DNA from: Kiritimatiellia bacterium
GTDB lineage: Bacteria > Verrucomicrobiota > Kiritimatiellia > JAAZAB01
DNA: 64,000 nt
NCBI GenBank assembly: GCA_040767085.1
Contig: JAXGPF010000006.1
Span: 288,001 to 352,000 of the forward strand
Direction: 5' to 3'
The translations under genes were made by a program, and so were the position numbers. Positions 29,625 to 38,798 of this stretch are shown here, piece by piece (within the stretch, counting starts at the first letter, position 1; each line of letters opens with the position of its first letter). Below the pieces are notes generated by a model. It had not been told where the DNA came from. It was given only the letters and a program-made list of their open reading frames with translations, and made no database searches.

Positions 29625-29849
29625 CATAACCCGCCCGCGCCAGGTTGCGGCGCTACGGGCAGCAATCCGGATTCGTGTTTCGTCAAAACCACCATAATCC
29701 AGACATTCCGAACCAAAATCCTGATGACGGGAATGCAATCTTCGTCTATACTGAACGGCATGCAAACAGGAATCCATGCCTGCCTCAAAGGCCTGGCGCT
29801 GGAATGAAAGACCGCCCGCGGCCTGAGCCGATGCGTCGGCGGGGTTATG
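29625..29849. other. Approximately 225-bp intergenic element with nested inverted repeats (structured RNA or MITE-like)
   Basis: CATAACCCGCC pairs with GGCGGGGTTATG; GCGCCAGG (29637) pairs with CCTGGCGC (29792); internal hairpins GGCATG/CATGCC and GCCGA/TCGGC. Confidence 0.4.
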
Positions 29850-29950
29850 ATATCTATATGGTTGCCCTTCTGTAAACTGATGTTAAAATATTGACCATGA
29901 TCAAAGCCGCTCCAGGCAATTTTACCGGCGCCGGGCGTGCCGGTGATTCC

Positions 29951-30805
29951 ATGCGCAATAATAGTTTATGGCGCTTAACCCGCCGCCGCGCCCGTTGCCC
30001 GGGCAGAAAAAGCGCCAATCATTTGTCCGCCGTATTTATCGCCTTGACCAGCCTCGCGCTGAATCTGGCCGCCGTCAATGTCGGCCTCGTGGACGCCGGC
30101 GGGGCCGGCAGCGACCTGGACCTGCTGGCGGCAACCATCCAGGGGCTCGGGCATCAGTCCGAAAAACTGCCTGAATCCGACCTCCCGCGCCCCACGGGCT
30201 TGCTGCATTACAACTGCATCATACTGGCGCATCGCAGCGGGCCGCTCACCGCCGCGGGCTACCAGGCGCTTGCCGGATACGTCAATGATGGCGGAACGCT
30301 GTTACTTACCGGCCTGGCCGGCTACTGGATGAAAACTCCCGGCGGCGACCGGGATCGGGCTCAAATTCGCGGCGCGGGCCCGTTAAAAGACGTCGCCGGC
30401 GTCCGCATCACCGCACCGCATGAAATGCCCATCCGGCAATTGATCGTCCGGGAAAAATCGCCCGCGGTCATGGGACTGCCCGAATCCTTCGCGTTAAAAA
30501 CCACGCCGCCTTACGATATCAATAACCCGGCCGCCTGGAAGCATTGCGGCGCATTCGGCCTCCAGGCCGAGTCCGCCGCGTCCCTGATCATGCTGCAGAC
30601 GATCAACGCGGAGGGCAAGCCGGCGGAAAGCGTATTCCTGACCGTCAACCAGCATGGCGCGGGCCAATGTTACCGGCTGGCATTGTGCCGGATTGCGCCT
30701 TTGGTGCTTGAAAAAAAGGAGCACAACATCACGTTGATTTTGCAGAATATTCTGCGTGATTCGGCAGGCCATCAGCCTTTCGCCCTGAAAGCAACGCCGG
30801 AATAA
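29951..30805 (+). CDS. Probably exported protein with a class I glutamine-amidotransferase-like (beta-galactosidase trimerisation-type) domain
   Basis: Hydrophobic signal-like segment; LLHYNCIILAH...LAGYVNDGGTLLLTG...NQHGAGQCY resembles the N-terminal domains of the 33829 protein. Confidence 0.55.
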   Translation: MRNNSLWRLTRRRARCPGRKSANHLSAVFIALTSLALNLAAVNVGLVDAGGAGSDLDLLAATIQGLGHQSEKLPESDLPRPTGLLHYNCIILAHRSGPLTAAGYQALAGYVNDGGTLLLTGLAGYWMKTPGGDRDRAQIRGAGPLKDVAGVRITAPHEMPIRQLIVREKSPAVMGLPESFALKTTPPYDINNPAAWKHCGAFGLQAESAASLIMLQTINAEGKPAESVFLTVNQHGAGQCYRLALCRIAPLVLEKKEHNITLILQNILRDSAGHQPFALKATPE

Positions 30806-30911
30806 TTCACCACAAAAGCACGCAAGGAACGCATAGACCTGGTTGTAATTTCTGGAGGGCAAACGCCTTCTCAAGCCTATGTTATGCTTTTATGCGTATT
30901 TTGTGGAGGAA

Positions 30912-32300
30912 ATGATGCATATACGATTTATATTCATGTTCGCCGCTCTGTTTTTCATCCCATACCTCGCGCTCGCCTGGGGCGGGCCGGAGCATTCATC
31001 CATCACCGCCGCCGCGGCCGCCGTATTGGCGCCGGCGGCGCTGGCGTTCCTGGGCGCGGAAACGACGCGCCTGATCAAGGCTTACTGCATCATGCCGGAT
31101 TTCAGCAATGCCGCCTATCACGGCGTCTGCAGCCAAGGCAAAGACGGACAGGCGCGGACGCCGGACCAGCGCCGCGATCTGAATGTGCCATATTATTGCG
31201 ATTACGACAGCCTGACCGGCGCGGGAGAATATTTCGGGCACGGGCCCGCCATCGCCTTTGCCGGCGCCGCTTTGCCCTTGCCGGACGAGCATTCCACGGA
31301 AATGTTCGAAAACAACCGGTTTTGCGAAGCCGCCGTGTATAAATTCCTGAATAGAGCACAGCAAGCATTCCTGCATAACAGTTATTTTGACGCCATCCGG
31401 TTCATGGGCGTTGCCGTGCATTACCTGCAGGATTGCACCCCGCCCCCGCATGTCATGCGCGTGCCCAACAACGACATGGAACTGCACCACGCCATGGAAG
31501 CGATCGAAGACCACAGCCGTATAAACTTATCCGGCTATCAACCGCGGATTCTGGGCGGCACCCCGGAGGCCGCCATGAATGCCGCCCGGTCGTTGGCGAT
31601 AGACATCTCGCTTGAATCGCACCGCCTGGCGGAGGAAATCCTCGCCCTGATCCAGGCCGGCCAACGCCCGGCAGCGGCCTCAAAAACCATTGCAGCCGCA
31701 AATTTGGCCGCCCGCGCCACGGCCGATGTAATCCACACCTTCTGCTCGCTCAACCAGGGCAATATGCCGCAAATTCCGGCCGCCCGCCACGGCGTCAATC
31801 TGCTTTACAATCCGTCGTTCGACCTGGATGCCAACCGCGACCTGCATCCCGACGGCTGGGTGCGCGAGTGGCATGACCTGGCCTGCCCACGGGATATGCA
31901 TCTCTGGGACCGCGTGTCCACCCGCGGCCGGGGCGCATGCGTCCGGCTGTACCGGGTCAGCCCCGCCGGCGCCGCCTGGCGCACCGCGCGCTCGCACGGC
32001 ATCCCTGTCGCGCCCGGCCAAACTTACGCGCTTTCAGGAATGATCCGCCTGCAATGCGCCGGCGGCAGCAATTACATCGCCTTGCGGTTCCAGAACGCGG
32101 GTTATGAAACTATCGCTGAATTCTCTTCGCCGGCACTGAATGGCAATGCCGCCTGGCAGCCCATCCGGGTCGCCGGCGCCGCGCCGGCGGACGCGGTAGA
32201 TGTCCTGGCCGTCTGCGCCTCATTCGACAATCCCGGCTCGGTGCTGTTTGACGATCTGAAGTTGGTTTTAAATGAGCACGGACACAGAATAAATGCTTGA
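30912..32300 (+). CDS. Secreted zinc-dependent phospholipase C/S1-P1-like domain fused to a carbohydrate-binding-like domain
   Basis: GGAGG RBS; signal ALA followed by W-GGPEH; MPD, HYLQD and HHAME Zn ligands; C-terminal NLLYNPSFD...PDGW...FDDLKL. Confidence 0.72.
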   Translation: MMHIRFIFMFAALFFIPYLALAWGGPEHSSITAAAAAVLAPAALAFLGAETTRLIKAYCIMPDFSNAAYHGVCSQGKDGQARTPDQRRDLNVPYYCDYDSLTGAGEYFGHGPAIAFAGAALPLPDEHSTEMFENNRFCEAAVYKFLNRAQQAFLHNSYFDAIRFMGVAVHYLQDCTPPPHVMRVPNNDMELHHAMEAIEDHSRINLSGYQPRILGGTPEAAMNAARSLAIDISLESHRLAEEILALIQAGQRPAAASKTIAAANLAARATADVIHTFCSLNQGNMPQIPAARHGVNLLYNPSFDLDANRDLHPDGWVREWHDLACPRDMHLWDRVSTRGRGACVRLYRVSPAGAAWRTARSHGIPVAPGQTYALSGMIRLQCAGGSNYIALRFQNAGYETIAEFSSPALNGNAAWQPIRVAGAAPADAVDVLAVCASFDNPGSVLFDDLKLVLNEHGHRINA

Positions 32301-32361
32301 GCAACCGAACATGGTTCGGGCCGTAACGCCGAAAAATCCGCTACTAATGGGAGGAATCAAG

Positions 32362-33780
32362 ATGCAAATTATCCGCCGGCTTTCAGGAGTAGTTTGGTTC
32401 TTTTTGATCGCGACCTGTCCCGCGTCGGCGCAGACCACCTGGCATGTGGCCGAAACCGGGTCGGACAGCGCCCACACTGGATCAAATTACTGGACCAACG
32501 CGTTTGCGACGATCAGCAATGCCGTCAGAGCCGCCGGCGATGGCGACACCATTCTGGTCTCCAACGGCACGTACACGCTGACAGCCACCATCAATATTGC
32601 CAAAGGACTGAGCCTGCACAGTTGGCATAACGGCGCGCTGGACCGTACCAACACCATTATCAACGGCAACAATGCCGTGCAATGCTTTTATCTGAATCAT
32701 TCCAATGTGCTGGTGGAAGGCTTTTCCATCATCAACGGCAATACCGCCAGCAGCGGCGCGGGGATTTACATCCATTCCGAAGGCGGCACGGCGCGCAACT
32801 GCATTATCAACGGCTGCCAGGCGACGACGAATTCTTCTTACGGCGGCGGCATATTTATTTACAACGATAAGGGCAGTGTGCTGGATTCCAAAATTCACGG
32901 CAACACCGTCCCAAATCCGACTGGCTCGCGCGGGGGCGGCGGGGTATGTTTGCGAGATGGCGGCCTGGTCAGGAATTGCGCCGTGTTTTCCAACTCCACT
33001 CCCTTTTACGGCGGCGGCATCACTATCATCAACGCGGGGTTGGTGGACGGCTCCGTCATCTCGGACAATGACGCTGATTACGGCGGCGGATTACATCTAC
33101 AGCAAGGCGGCACAGTCCGCAACAGTTTGATTGCCGGCAATTCCGCCAGCCAGCGCGGCGGCGGGGTCTTCATATATAGCGCCGGGTACATTGATAATTG
33201 CATTATATCCAACAACGCTGCGATAGTGCGCGGCGGCGGAATCATGTTCCGCGACGCCAGCGGCGGATTGGCGCGCAACTGCCTGCTGGTGGAAAATAAC
33301 GCCAGCGGCGGTAGCGGCGACGGCGGCGGCGCTTACCTGGACCAGGGCACGGGCGTGCTGGCCAATTGCACGATCGCCGCCAACAACGCAGGGCAGTATG
33401 CCGGCGGCGTTTTTATGAACGGCGGGGCCTATGTCACCAACTGCATTATTTATGACAACACCGCAGTAAGTTATCAGAATTACCGCGTTGCCGCAGCCGG
33501 GGGCATCACGGGCGTTATCAGTTATTCCTGCACCACCCCCCTGCCGGCCGGAGACGATTCCAATTTCACGAATGCGCCGGCCTTTGTCAACCCCGCCATC
33601 GGCAATTACCGGCTGGAACACGCTTCGCGCGGCATCAATGAAGGACTTAACCAGGCCTGGATGCGGACGGATAATGCCGCGGATCTCGACGGCCGTACGC
33701 GGATTGACCGGTTTTCGGACCTGGTTGACCTGGGCTGTTACGAATACACGCCCGGGGGCGTCATGTTCCGCGTAAGATGA
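32362..33780 (+). CDS. Secreted right-handed parallel beta-helix protein with choice-of-anchor Q-like C-terminus
   Basis: GGAGG RBS; signal peptide; repeated GGG(V/I)x...NCxIxxN; NYRL...S.GIN.G...DLDG.R...DLGCYE. Confidence 0.85.
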   Translation: MQIIRRLSGVVWFFLIATCPASAQTTWHVAETGSDSAHTGSNYWTNAFATISNAVRAAGDGDTILVSNGTYTLTATINIAKGLSLHSWHNGALDRTNTIINGNNAVQCFYLNHSNVLVEGFSIINGNTASSGAGIYIHSEGGTARNCIINGCQATTNSSYGGGIFIYNDKGSVLDSKIHGNTVPNPTGSRGGGGVCLRDGGLVRNCAVFSNSTPFYGGGITIINAGLVDGSVISDNDADYGGGLHLQQGGTVRNSLIAGNSASQRGGGVFIYSAGYIDNCIISNNAAIVRGGGIMFRDASGGLARNCLLVENNASGGSGDGGGAYLDQGTGVLANCTIAANNAGQYAGGVFMNGGAYVTNCIIYDNTAVSYQNYRVAAAGGITGVISYSCTTPLPAGDDSNFTNAPAFVNPAIGNYRLEHASRGINEGLNQAWMRTDNAADLDGRTRIDRFSDLVDLGCYEYTPGGVMFRVR

Positions 33781-33828
33781 CTCAAGACCGGATCGGAGTC
33801 AGCACCATTCAACTATAAGGCAATCAAC

Positions 33829-36474
33829 ATGCAAAACAACCGCGGATTCAAGCAGATAGCGGCCAAGTTAGCCGCCATTCTGGCGGCCGGCGCCCTCCAA
33901 AGCGCCGAGGTCGGCATTTACGTGGCGGCCGCTGATGGCGGCAAATCGGTGGGCAACATGGCCATTAAAAACACCCTGGCCGACGCCGGCATCACGGTGG
34001 ATGAATTTTCCAGCATGTCCATGGCAAACCTCCTGCAATTCCGGGCGGTTATCATTCCCAATACGCCGGTGCTGGCCCAGCACGAAGACCCGCGCTGGAG
34101 CGACAACTTGCGCGCATACGTCTCCGAGTGCGGCGGAGCCATTATCTTTAACCATGACGCCATCGGCGCGGAACGCTCGCCGTTCGGCCAATTGCCCCTG
34201 TTCCCGGAAATCGTCGCGCCCGGCAGCGTGGAACGCGCCGCCGCCGCGAAAATTAAAATTGTCGTTCCCGACGCCTTGAACGCGGATTTCGATTATCTGC
34301 CGGGTTACCAGGCCGGCCAGGAAGCCGCGCACATGTATAGCGACCATTTCATGTTCGAACAAAATGGCGGCACGGCGCTGCTTGCCGACATCGCCACCGA
34401 AAAAATCGTGGCGGCGGCCGGCACGGTCGGCGCCGGCCGGGTGGTGTTCAACGGCCTGTTCGGCGGCCACCCCGCCGGCCTGGCCGCCGCCCTGGAAGGG
34501 CTGGACCGGGAGCTTATGCTGAACACGGTCAAGTGGTGCCTCGCGGGCAAGGGATTGGTTATCACCGACCCGGCCCGGGCGAAAGTGTCGGAATGGCGGC
34601 CGGAAATTACCGGGATGACCGCGGCGCGGAATAGAATTGCCATGATCGGCAGCGCGGGATTCGATATCCGCAATCGCGTCGTCCCGAAGATCGAACGGAG
34701 CGGCCTGGCGGTTGATTTCATTCCGGTGCATTTTTTGAATGTCCGGGATTTGAGTCCGGATGATTACAAGCTGATATTGTTCTTTGCGCCTTTGCGTTGG
34801 GAAGAAGACCATGTTCCGGCCGCCACCTTCGAAAAAATCAACCGCTTCACGCAGGCCGGCGGCAAAGCGATAATATTTTTACAGGGCGGCATCGGCAAAA
34901 AAGTCCAGGCATACCTGCTGGATCCCGCGGGCATCACGCCGGCCGGCCAACTGGTCCGGGACAACCCGGCAAATCTGCGCGCGGTGGAATGGACGGATAC
35001 GGCCGGCCATACGCGCCGCGTCAAGGAAATCCCCGACAATTGGATCACCCCGCTGGGCGAGCCGGAGGCCGGCAAGGCGCAAACCATCGGTTACTGGCTC
35101 GATTACAAGGAAGAACGCCGCTCGCCGGCCATCTTCCGGACCGGATACGGTTATTTGCTCAACCTGAATATTTACGGGGATTGCCGCATGTTTCTGGCCG
35201 ACGCCGCGGCGGCGCTGCTGCCGGAAAGCGCGCCGGACATTTTTAACAAACTCCTGCAGGAATACCAGGCCAACGTCAAACAGACCGGCGATCGCGCATT
35301 TTCGGGGCCAGGCCGGAACATGCGGACGCGCGCCGATGAGTTGCGCGGGATGGCGGCGGCCGCAGCGGCGGCCGGCGAACACGCGCAGGCCATCCAATTG
35401 ATTTTACAGGCGGAATCGGAACTGGTGCGCGCTTACGCCGTTTCCATGCCAGCCGCCCAAGGCGAAGAGCGCATTGTCTTCACCTTTGCGCGGAGTCTGC
35501 CCGACCCGGAAATAATCTGCGCGCGGCTGGCCGGCGCCGGATTTACCGGCATCGCCGTCACCCATCTGGAAGGCCATTATCCCAGCAAACTTTATGGAAA
35601 AAATGTTCAGCCGGGCGAAACGCATCCCGGAGCGGACGACACCGATTGGATGCAAAAGTGGGTGGACACCGCCCATAAACATGGTTTGAAAATCGGCCCG
35701 TCGTTTTCCGCCTTCAGCGTTTATGCTGGTTCGCCGGAATACGCCCGGGCAATGGCGGAAGACTGGCGAGTGGTCCCGGGCGGCCAGGTCGGCAAGCCGC
35801 CCAAACCATTCCCCGAATCTCCGCGCCTCGATCCCTGCCGGTCGCGCCGGGAGGTCCCGGATTACGCCATCGCCAAGGCGCGGGAAATCATTGAAAGGTA
35901 TCCGGTGGATTACATCTTTTACGACTATATCCGCTGGTCGGAAACCTGTTATTGCAATTATTGCATGGAGAAATTCCAGCAGGATACCGGCGTGAAAATT
36001 GAAAAGTGGCCGGATGACGTCATGGGTAAATACCAGGAAGCATACAACGACTGGCGCGCCCGCCCGGTGACCCGGGTGATCCGGACAACCGCGGCCAATA
36101 TCGCCGGGATCAATCCGCAAATCAAACTGGGCGTCTTCACCTTCCGCGGCCAGCGCGAATCATGGGGCAAGGGCCAGTACTGGTGGGAATGGACCAATGA
36201 CACCGATTACGTCATGCCCATGGTTTATGCTCCCGATAATCGAACCATGGAAGAACTCTTCATCGAAATCAACGGCCTGCTGCCCGCCGGCGGCCGGGCG
36301 CGGCTCCTGCCGGCATTGGCGCCGCCCGGCGTCAAGGGCGGCAGCGATCTGACCCGTCTGCAGCAGCTTGACCTGCAACGCCAATACGCGCCCGCGGGCG
36401 CGATCTATTTCTCCTATTACCTGGTTTCCGACGCTTTTCTGGATTGGCTGCGAATGGGGCCGTGGCGCGATTGA
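33829..36474 (+). CDS. Secreted GHL10/DUF187-like glycoside hydrolase with N-terminal GATase-like domains
   Basis: Signal peptide; C-terminal TIM barrel AHKHGLKI, LDPC, YPVDYIFYDYIRW, CYCNYC..KF and DYVMPMVY. Confidence 0.7.
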   Translation: MQNNRGFKQIAAKLAAILAAGALQSAEVGIYVAAADGGKSVGNMAIKNTLADAGITVDEFSSMSMANLLQFRAVIIPNTPVLAQHEDPRWSDNLRAYVSECGGAIIFNHDAIGAERSPFGQLPLFPEIVAPGSVERAAAAKIKIVVPDALNADFDYLPGYQAGQEAAHMYSDHFMFEQNGGTALLADIATEKIVAAAGTVGAGRVVFNGLFGGHPAGLAAALEGLDRELMLNTVKWCLAGKGLVITDPARAKVSEWRPEITGMTAARNRIAMIGSAGFDIRNRVVPKIERSGLAVDFIPVHFLNVRDLSPDDYKLILFFAPLRWEEDHVPAATFEKINRFTQAGGKAIIFLQGGIGKKVQAYLLDPAGITPAGQLVRDNPANLRAVEWTDTAGHTRRVKEIPDNWITPLGEPEAGKAQTIGYWLDYKEERRSPAIFRTGYGYLLNLNIYGDCRMFLADAAAALLPESAPDIFNKLLQEYQANVKQTGDRAFSGPGRNMRTRADELRGMAAAAAAAGEHAQAIQLILQAESELVRAYAVSMPAAQGEERIVFTFARSLPDPEIICARLAGAGFTGIAVTHLEGHYPSKLYGKNVQPGETHPGADDTDWMQKWVDTAHKHGLKIGPSFSAFSVYAGSPEYARAMAEDWRVVPGGQVGKPPKPFPESPRLDPCRSRREVPDYAIAKAREIIERYPVDYIFYDYIRWSETCYCNYCMEKFQQDTGVKIEKWPDDVMGKYQEAYNDWRARPVTRVIRTTAANIAGINPQIKLGVFTFRGQRESWGKGQYWWEWTNDTDYVMPMVYAPDNRTMEELFIEINGLLPAGGRARLLPALAPPGVKGGSDLTRLQQLDLQRQYAPAGAIYFSYYLVSDAFLDWLRMGPWRD

Positions 36475-36662
36475 TCATAAAAACGGCGGTTATTTCACCA
36501 CGCCGGGCAAGAAGATATGCAGGGGCGAAGAATTGCAAGGAAAGGGAGAATCCGCTTGGCCCAAGCGACAGCCGTTAACCAGGCAAAAATTAATTGCATA
36601 CTCTGTGATTGCTGCAAATCATTTCAACGCCGATTTTCATGAAAAATACAGGTGATAATTCC

Positions 36663-37333
36663 ATGCAAACGCTAAATCAACAACTTGGCCGGCTGAAGTT
36701 CTGCGGATTAATCGGCACTGCGCGGATATTGTGCGCTTGTGTTTGTGCGCCGGGCATTGGAGCGGCCAATGGAAACCTGCCCGCTGATTTGACGAATATC
36801 ACGGGGGCGAGCGTCGCCGAGGTGCGGCCAGCATTCTGCGGGGTTGCCTGATCATGGGCAATGTGTCCAGCAACGAGGGCGGCGGCGTCTATGCCAACCA
36901 GGGTTATATCTCGAATTGCACGATCGTCGGCAATACTTCGCTGCCCGGCGCCGGCAGCCTGGGCGGCGGGCTGTGCATCCAAGGCGTGAATACGCGCATC
37001 AATAATTCGATTATTTATTACAACATTGCCTCCACCGCCAACCGTTCCAATTGGTACCAGTATGACAAGGCGCAGTTTACCAACAGTTGCACGGCGCCCA
37101 GCGGCGTAAACGGGAGCGGAAACATCTTCATCGACCCGCTCTTCACGGACACCAACGCCGCTGATTACAGTTTGCTGCCAAATTCGCCGTGTATCAATGC
37201 CGGAATCAATGCCGCGTGGATGAATGGCGCCCGGGATGTGCGAGGACATAATCGCCTGGATGTTTTTACCCGCATCGTGGATATGGGTGCCTGCGAATTT
37301 TTCCGGGAAGGTTCCATGTTCACTTTCAGGTGA
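36663..37333 (+). pseudogene. Internally deleted or frameshifted beta-helix protein remnant, paralog of 32362-33780
   Basis: A signal-peptide-like ORF stops at 36851. A different frame carries ASILRGCLIMGNVSSNEGGGVY...ISNCTIVGN...SPCINAG...VDMGACEF, which is only the C-terminal third of such a protein. Confidence 0.6.
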
Positions 37334-37355
37334 ATGCCGGCAGCGGAGATTGCTT

Positions 37356-38717
37356 ATGAGCTATAAAGCGAACACCCCTTCCTTCGGCGCTTTAGGAGAC
37401 GGCAAAACAATCGCCACCAAGGCGATCCAACAGTCCATTGATGAATGCCACGCCGCGGGCGGCGGCGAGGTGCTCGTCCCGGCGGGAACGTATGTTGTCG
37501 GCACGCTGGAATTGAAAAGCCATGTGACCCTGCGCCTGCTGGCCGGCGCGCGCCTGCTGGGCAGTCCCGACCGGAACGATTATACAATTGTCAGCCGCCC
37601 CTTCCCGGATGAGCAATTGGTGTCGCAGTCAAGCGTGCCTTTTGCGCGGACGCATTTGATCTATGCTAAAAACGCCCGGCATGTCTCGATCGTTGGCGAG
37701 GGCATCATTGACGGCAATGGCCCGGCCTTTTTTGGGCCGATCCAGGAGGAGCATCCCTTGAAACGCTTCCGCGTCCGCGGCTGGCGCCCCGGTGAAATGG
37801 TTGCGTTTTATGATTGCGAACACATATTAATTCAAGGCATTCATCTGTGCCATTCGCCGATGTATAACATCATGGCGTATTGCTGCACGGGCGTCCGTAT
37901 CGTGGATGTTAACATCTCCAATCATCCTTCCACGCCCAACGGCGACGGCATTGACCCGATTTGCTGCCATGATGTCCATATCCACGGGTGCACCATTGAT
38001 ACGGCGGATGACAGCATTGCCATTTACAGCGGTTTTGCGATGGCGGCCAATGATGTCCGGTCATGCGAGAATGTCGTCATCTCCGATTGTATCCTGCGGT
38101 CGCGTTGCAACGCCATCCGGATCGGCTATGCCGGGGACATGCCGATCCAAAATATTGTGGCTCACGATGTCATAGTTGAAGCCCGGGCGGGGGTCGCGAT
38201 TCAGTCGGTGTGTCCGTTTAACGTAAAGCAGGGCACCCCGATTGAGCATATTATATTGTCCAATATGATCATGCATGTCGCCAGGCCGTTGCTCGTCATC
38301 ATCGATCCGCGTTCGATAAAACCGGCCGGCATCCGCCACCTGGCGATGGATAACTTGCGCATTTATGCCCGGATGGGCATCGGGATGATTGGCAGCCCCG
38401 CGATCCCGATTGAAGACGTCACCCTGAATCATCTCAAACTCCATCTTGCGGGAACGATGCGCGCGGATGGGGTTGGATCGCCCATTCCCGAAAAGGTCAA
38501 TTTTATGGGCAACGATGCCGACAAGATACCCCACGCCATTTATTGCCGGCATGTCCGGAATGCCGCCATGACGGACGTACGCGTGGAATGGGGCGCCTGT
38601 TCGGGGCCTTGGCAAAGCGCCTTGCATACGGAACAATGCGCCGACATGGCCATTCAGAACTGCATTCTCCCCGCGGCGCCGGCGTTGCCGGCGCCCTGTG
38701 CGGCTGGCTCTGAATAG
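37356..38717 (+). CDS. Glycoside hydrolase family 28
   Basis: FGALGDG..ATKAIQ..ID, VPAGTY..GTLELKS, PNGDGID, TADDSIAI and NAIRIG. Confidence 0.85.
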   Translation: MSYKANTPSFGALGDGKTIATKAIQQSIDECHAAGGGEVLVPAGTYVVGTLELKSHVTLRLLAGARLLGSPDRNDYTIVSRPFPDEQLVSQSSVPFARTHLIYAKNARHVSIVGEGIIDGNGPAFFGPIQEEHPLKRFRVRGWRPGEMVAFYDCEHILIQGIHLCHSPMYNIMAYCCTGVRIVDVNISNHPSTPNGDGIDPICCHDVHIHGCTIDTADDSIAIYSGFAMAANDVRSCENVVISDCILRSRCNAIRIGYAGDMPIQNIVAHDVIVEARAGVAIQSVCPFNVKQGTPIEHIILSNMIMHVARPLLVIIDPRSIKPAGIRHLAMDNLRIYARMGIGMIGSPAIPIEDVTLNHLKLHLAGTMRADGVGSPIPEKVNFMGNDADKIPHAIYCRHVRNAAMTDVRVEWGACSGPWQSALHTEQCADMAIQNCILPAAPALPAPCAAGSE

Positions 38718-38798
38718 TAAAGCACAGGATTTTAAAGATTCCTGAAGTTTGGTTTGCCCCGCGCAAATTTGGCTCAGGGCAAGCCGGATGGAGTGTGT

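Noticed and set aside
29677-29727. Hammerhead ribozyme-like words CTGATGA and GACGAAAC
   Set aside because: They lie on opposite strands, and no GAAA follows a stem II on the CTGATGA strand.
29625-29849. Integron attC site (CATAAC...GTTATG ends)
   Set aside because: About 225 bp is longer than typical attC sites, the ends fit RYYYAAC/GTTRRRY poorly, and there is no integrase or cassette array.
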